64,000 nt of DNA from Ramazzottius varieornatus (taxonomy: Eukaryota; Animalia; Tardigrada). The notes under the pieces were generated by a model. It worked only from the letters and a program-made list of their open reading frames with translations, was not told the DNA's origin and ran no database searches. A program made the translations under genes and the position numbers. Of this stretch, positions 60,325 through 64,000 are shown one piece after another (within the stretch, counting starts at the first letter, position 1; every line of letters begins with the position of its first letter). The DNA lies in assembly GCA_001949185.1 (NCBI GenBank), contig BDGG01000001.1:1422263-1486262 (forward strand), read 5' to 3'.

Positions 60325-60550
60325 CGCGCTATCAGATTTTCCCGTATGTTAACAGGCGATGCTGGTGACGTCACAGTGACGAAACACCCAGGTTTTTGCG
60401 GGAAATCCCAGGGTAACACACGGTGCCCTTCCCGCTCTAAGAATGGCGTATTGGATCACCCTCCAGGCTTGCCTAAACTTCCCTACTGTGACGTCAATTT
60501 TACGTCAAAAACAGCTGACTAAGGTCATGCGGGGACTCTGATAGCGAGGT
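60325..60550. mobile_element. Degenerate MITE-like inverted repeat
   Basis: CGCTATCAGA..CCCGTATG..TGACGTCACAGT mirrored by ACTGTGACGTCA..CATGCGGG..TCTGATAGCG. Confidence 0.5.
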
Positions 60551-61404
60551 CCGCACCGCTGCCCAGGACAGAAGAACTATTTTCGGGCTATAGTTTGATA
60601 ACTAGACAGCTCCAATTCGACCATCGTGAATCGAGATACAAGAAAATAATCCTCGATGAGATACCGCGTGCCGCAGTCTGTCTCTAGACGCCAGATGAGC
60701 AGGAGCAGCAACACAAGGATAACTTTGGGAAGCTGTAGAGTGCGTAGCCCTCGTGCCAGATCATCTCCATTTCGCGCAAATGATAAATAAGCAAAGTAGG
60801 TTTCGCTGGATGGAAGGGCAAAAAGCAAAGGAAGATGTTGCCATCGAGAGACTAGTCTGGTAAATTTTGTGCGAGCAATGCATTTTCGCGTGAAAGTTAG
60901 CAAAGTTTTAGCTTCTCCGATGTTTAGTAGAAAACAGGTGAAATTACATCGGCACACCGGGGCACACGGTCAAGTCCGTGTGATTTCCACTTGATCTGGT
61001 TCATATGTGGTTTACTGGCTTGGCTTTCTCTGCCCTCTGCATAAAGTGGGCTCCCTATATCGGACTCAGTTTTCACATGGCTACCCTTCTGGAATTTCTC
61101 TCGTCATGATCTCCCGCTGAATTTCAGTTCTGTCTGGCTTAGAACAGAGCAAGGTGTCGGGGGGAGCTCTTGAATTACCTAGTTTCATATTGGAAAACTC
61201 GATGGTAGCTGAGGAAATTAACAGTCAGAATATTACTCGCCAGTTTGGCGAGTTAGAAAAGTCAGTTCTCGCTCCTCGTACTTTCTGCCTCATTTGGTTT
61301 GCTGTTGTTCCCATGTTGTACGCTTCCCCTGGTTTCCTGTCCATTCTCAATTCAGTAAGTTGCATCGCGTGGAGCAGTTCTACATGCGGAGTAACCACAA
61401 TATT

Positions 61405-61745
61405 TTAGTCCACCGGGATTTTTCACAATTTTCTCGGATCTGAGTTCCACAAGATTTGCTGCTAACGAAACTGGCAACGTCCCAGACTTTGGTTCAACTG
61501 GTTTTCTTATGATTTCTTGAGATTTGAGTTACCCGAGATTTATTTCCACCGGGATTGCATCCCGGGAATTTTGGTCGCAAGATGTCGGAATCCCGGGATT
61601 TCGAACCGGTAACCATTGAGCCACCCAGTGGTCAAGCTCGAAATTCGAGGGGTCGGAACATTTTTCGAGGCGCATGGTCTGGCGTTGCTTGGGCTGTGGC
61701 TACGGGGCCCGAAATTTGGCGCCCCCTCTTGAACGCGCTAGTTGA
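61405..61745. repeat. Cluster of MITE-like remnants (CCACCGGGAT/TCCCGGGA repeats, GC-rich terminus)
   Basis: CCACCGGGATT at ~61410 and ~61546, TCCCGGGA repeats at 61560-61600; no coding signal. Confidence 0.35.
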
Positions 61746-64000
61746 CGAGCGGACTGAATGATTGATTGAAAATAGCCAATTTTTCGAAGAGAGGCTCTTC
61801 AACATTGGGCTGACCGTCCTTCTTCCAAGCGAATGTTTCTCAAGAAATACGCTCGTCTTTCGTGTTTACCATGTTTGGCAAACTAATAGAGGTTTTCCTA
61901 TCGAATAACCCAAAAAATAAGGAAATCCGATCTGTGAAAGAGGTGATCTGGGTTGGACAACTACCCCATGCGATTTTGCACGGACAAGTCCGCTGCTTTT
62001 ACCTCCTAGCTTGTTTCCGAATAGTTTCGCTCCGTTCAACTGAGGCCCACTACCTCCACTCCGACAGTTTCAAAAATCCACAGGTGGCGTACAGCCGGTA
62101 CTGATTAGGCTTTCTGCCGTTTTTACCTGTTGTCCTCAACCGGACCACTAGCTCAAAGGTTGTTGTACAAAGTCAGTTAAAATATGGTCGACATTAGACA
62201 TGATGTTTCTCAAAGTCACGGGATATTCCAGGCGGATGTTCCTGCACTACAATTCTGAACTACAAACCTCTGAAGTCATAGGAAGGTTCCGACGTGTCAG
62301 ACTGTTCTGCCCACTGGTCTACAAATGTGATTACATGCCAAGGTCGCAACCGGATCAAATGCAAAAGTTTCGAGCCAGAAGACAAATGAGAGTTGTGAGA
62401 ACATAATGGTGATGTTGTTCTCGACGAACAAAGCGACTTTATAACGTCATAAGCCAAGATACAAAGATACACTGATAAGTCTTACATTTTTGATACGTCG
62501 CGAAGCGGGTTTTACGTACGGAAGCGAGCTAGTAGGTGCTGTGCGACAGTCAAATGTGTATGTCAGCACAGCGTCACGTGACTGTTTGTCGCTCTATTGC
62601 CACAAGAGCGGCAAACATGGAATTTTTTTACGTTGCTCGAGTCTGGACAAGTGAAGAGGTATTGTAGCGCACACTCCTTGTAAAGGTATCGTGCTAGTGA
62701 CGTACTAACGAAGTGAAAATTATCACTGTAATATTCTAACCTGCCAACTGTAAATGTATACTCCAGAGTCACACGCAGCAGTTTCTGGGTTGGTGACATC
62801 CCTGACGGGTTCAAACTCGCAACCGCGATGGAATCGATCTGAAAAGATTAGATTTTGTTACATCAGTGAACTGGGACAGATAAGATCTAAGATGTTAAGC
62901 GCCTCTGCGGAAAATAGTTGGGTAAGAGCAATGTTGAGACAAAGCCCCACGGCTTTAGTTGAGACTGATGTTACGGCTCAAATCGATCTGTTAGCCGTGG
63001 ACGTACCTTGGACCCGTTAAAATGGAAACGCCCAGTCTCACCGACCCGACTACGGGCCGCCAGTCAAATGGGAGTTACAGTCCTACCTGTGAGATGTCAC
63101 AGTTCAAACGCCTGATATTAGTTCTGAACAGTTCGTATGTTCACGGAGCTACGCGCCATTCTGTTTGCACGAGAACAGTCAGCTGATCGGATCTCCGCTT
63201 GATTACTTGATCAAGTCAAGCCAGAACCGGGCGTCGATCAGCTGATCGCGAAGCGCAGTGTATGGCGAGCAAGCCCGTGGAAAATCGTTGTTTAATCGCG
63301 GAAGGAGCGATTGTGACATGTCGCAGGTAGGGCTGTACAAGGATTACGTAAGCAGGTGGGAGGGGGTACTGGTCACTAAAATCTTACGGCTTGCCTGCGG
63401 TAGGAGACGGGGTACCGAAGATCTGACGTAAGGAAATACAAGACAACAATAAAATAATTCAATTTACTTTGGAACGGAAGATCTGACTTGCGTGATGTTG
63501 CACAACTTTAGCAATGTGGATTGTGCATGACGCTATCTGAATATCCATGATTCTCCTGCGTTTAGACACGGTTTGGTTGGTGTGAACTGAGAAGGAGAAC
63601 CAGCTGCTTGCAACGTGTTAGGTCCTGTAGTAATATACGCGGGATTCAGGGATGGATTGAACGGGGGCTAACGGGCTTGGCCCGGACAGGCTAGCCCTGG
63701 GAAACCCAATATCGAGCTCGAATAGACTACGCAAAATAGTTGGCTCTGTCAAGGTTGTCACTTTGTATTTGAAGAAACTCATTTCGGACTTGGTACTTTG
63801 GTCAGCGGACAAAATGTTCAAGATGGAATTTCACATCTGGGGCTGTTTGGGTCGGTTTGCAACGGCGAACACGGCCTTGTGTGTTAATCATTGGCGCTTC
63901 GTTAGCTCAAAGTTCAGGCTGAACGGATGAAAGATGACCGAGTTATGAATTTTTTCGCGAAGGGCAAAAGCCTTTTCAGGGAACTTTGATCCGCGGTGAC

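Noticed and set aside
60577-64000. Short ORFs and small hairpins (e.g. CAGCTGATCG..CGATCAGCTG at 63180-63245)
   Set aside because: No domain signatures or phase-consistent exons; no LIM or bMERB exon of the CH gene was found here.

Overview
Eukaryotic, gene-dense invertebrate DNA with short GT-AG introns and one 50-N assembly gap (30930-30979). Gene content, intron sizes and a fungal-type gene are consistent with a compact ecdysozoan genome such as a tardigrade; this is an inference, not something the sequence proves. Genes reconstructed by hand from splice sites and phases: a partial Gly/Thr-rich CDS, a PAN+ZP cuticle protein, a 2-TM PPxY protein, a ~1870-aa His-rich coiled-coil orphan (13 exons joining several separate ORF-track entries), an NPF/Pro-rich protein, a two-Ig secreted protein, MGAT2, a PC-esterase (PCED1-like) protein with a very long RS/Pro/Gln-rich tail, a Dpy-30-motif protein, the CH-domain 5' part of a MICAL-like/EHBP1-type gene, a small secreted Pro/Tyr-rich protein and an intron-containing fungal-type (YAT/GAP1-like) amino-acid permease. 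There are also several pseudogenes and many transposon relics (LINE RT, MULE transposase, hAT/mariner-type MITEs, a tRNA-derived SINE head). The standout observation is a 340-bp mariner-like MITE inserted at a TA inside a coding sequence: its terminal repeat supplies a 5' splice site and its TSD plus a host G supplies a 3' splice site, so splicing would restore the reading frame with one added codon (an introner-like element). Also notable is a dispersed palindrome family with a nearly invariant 27-nt spacer (9 copies).
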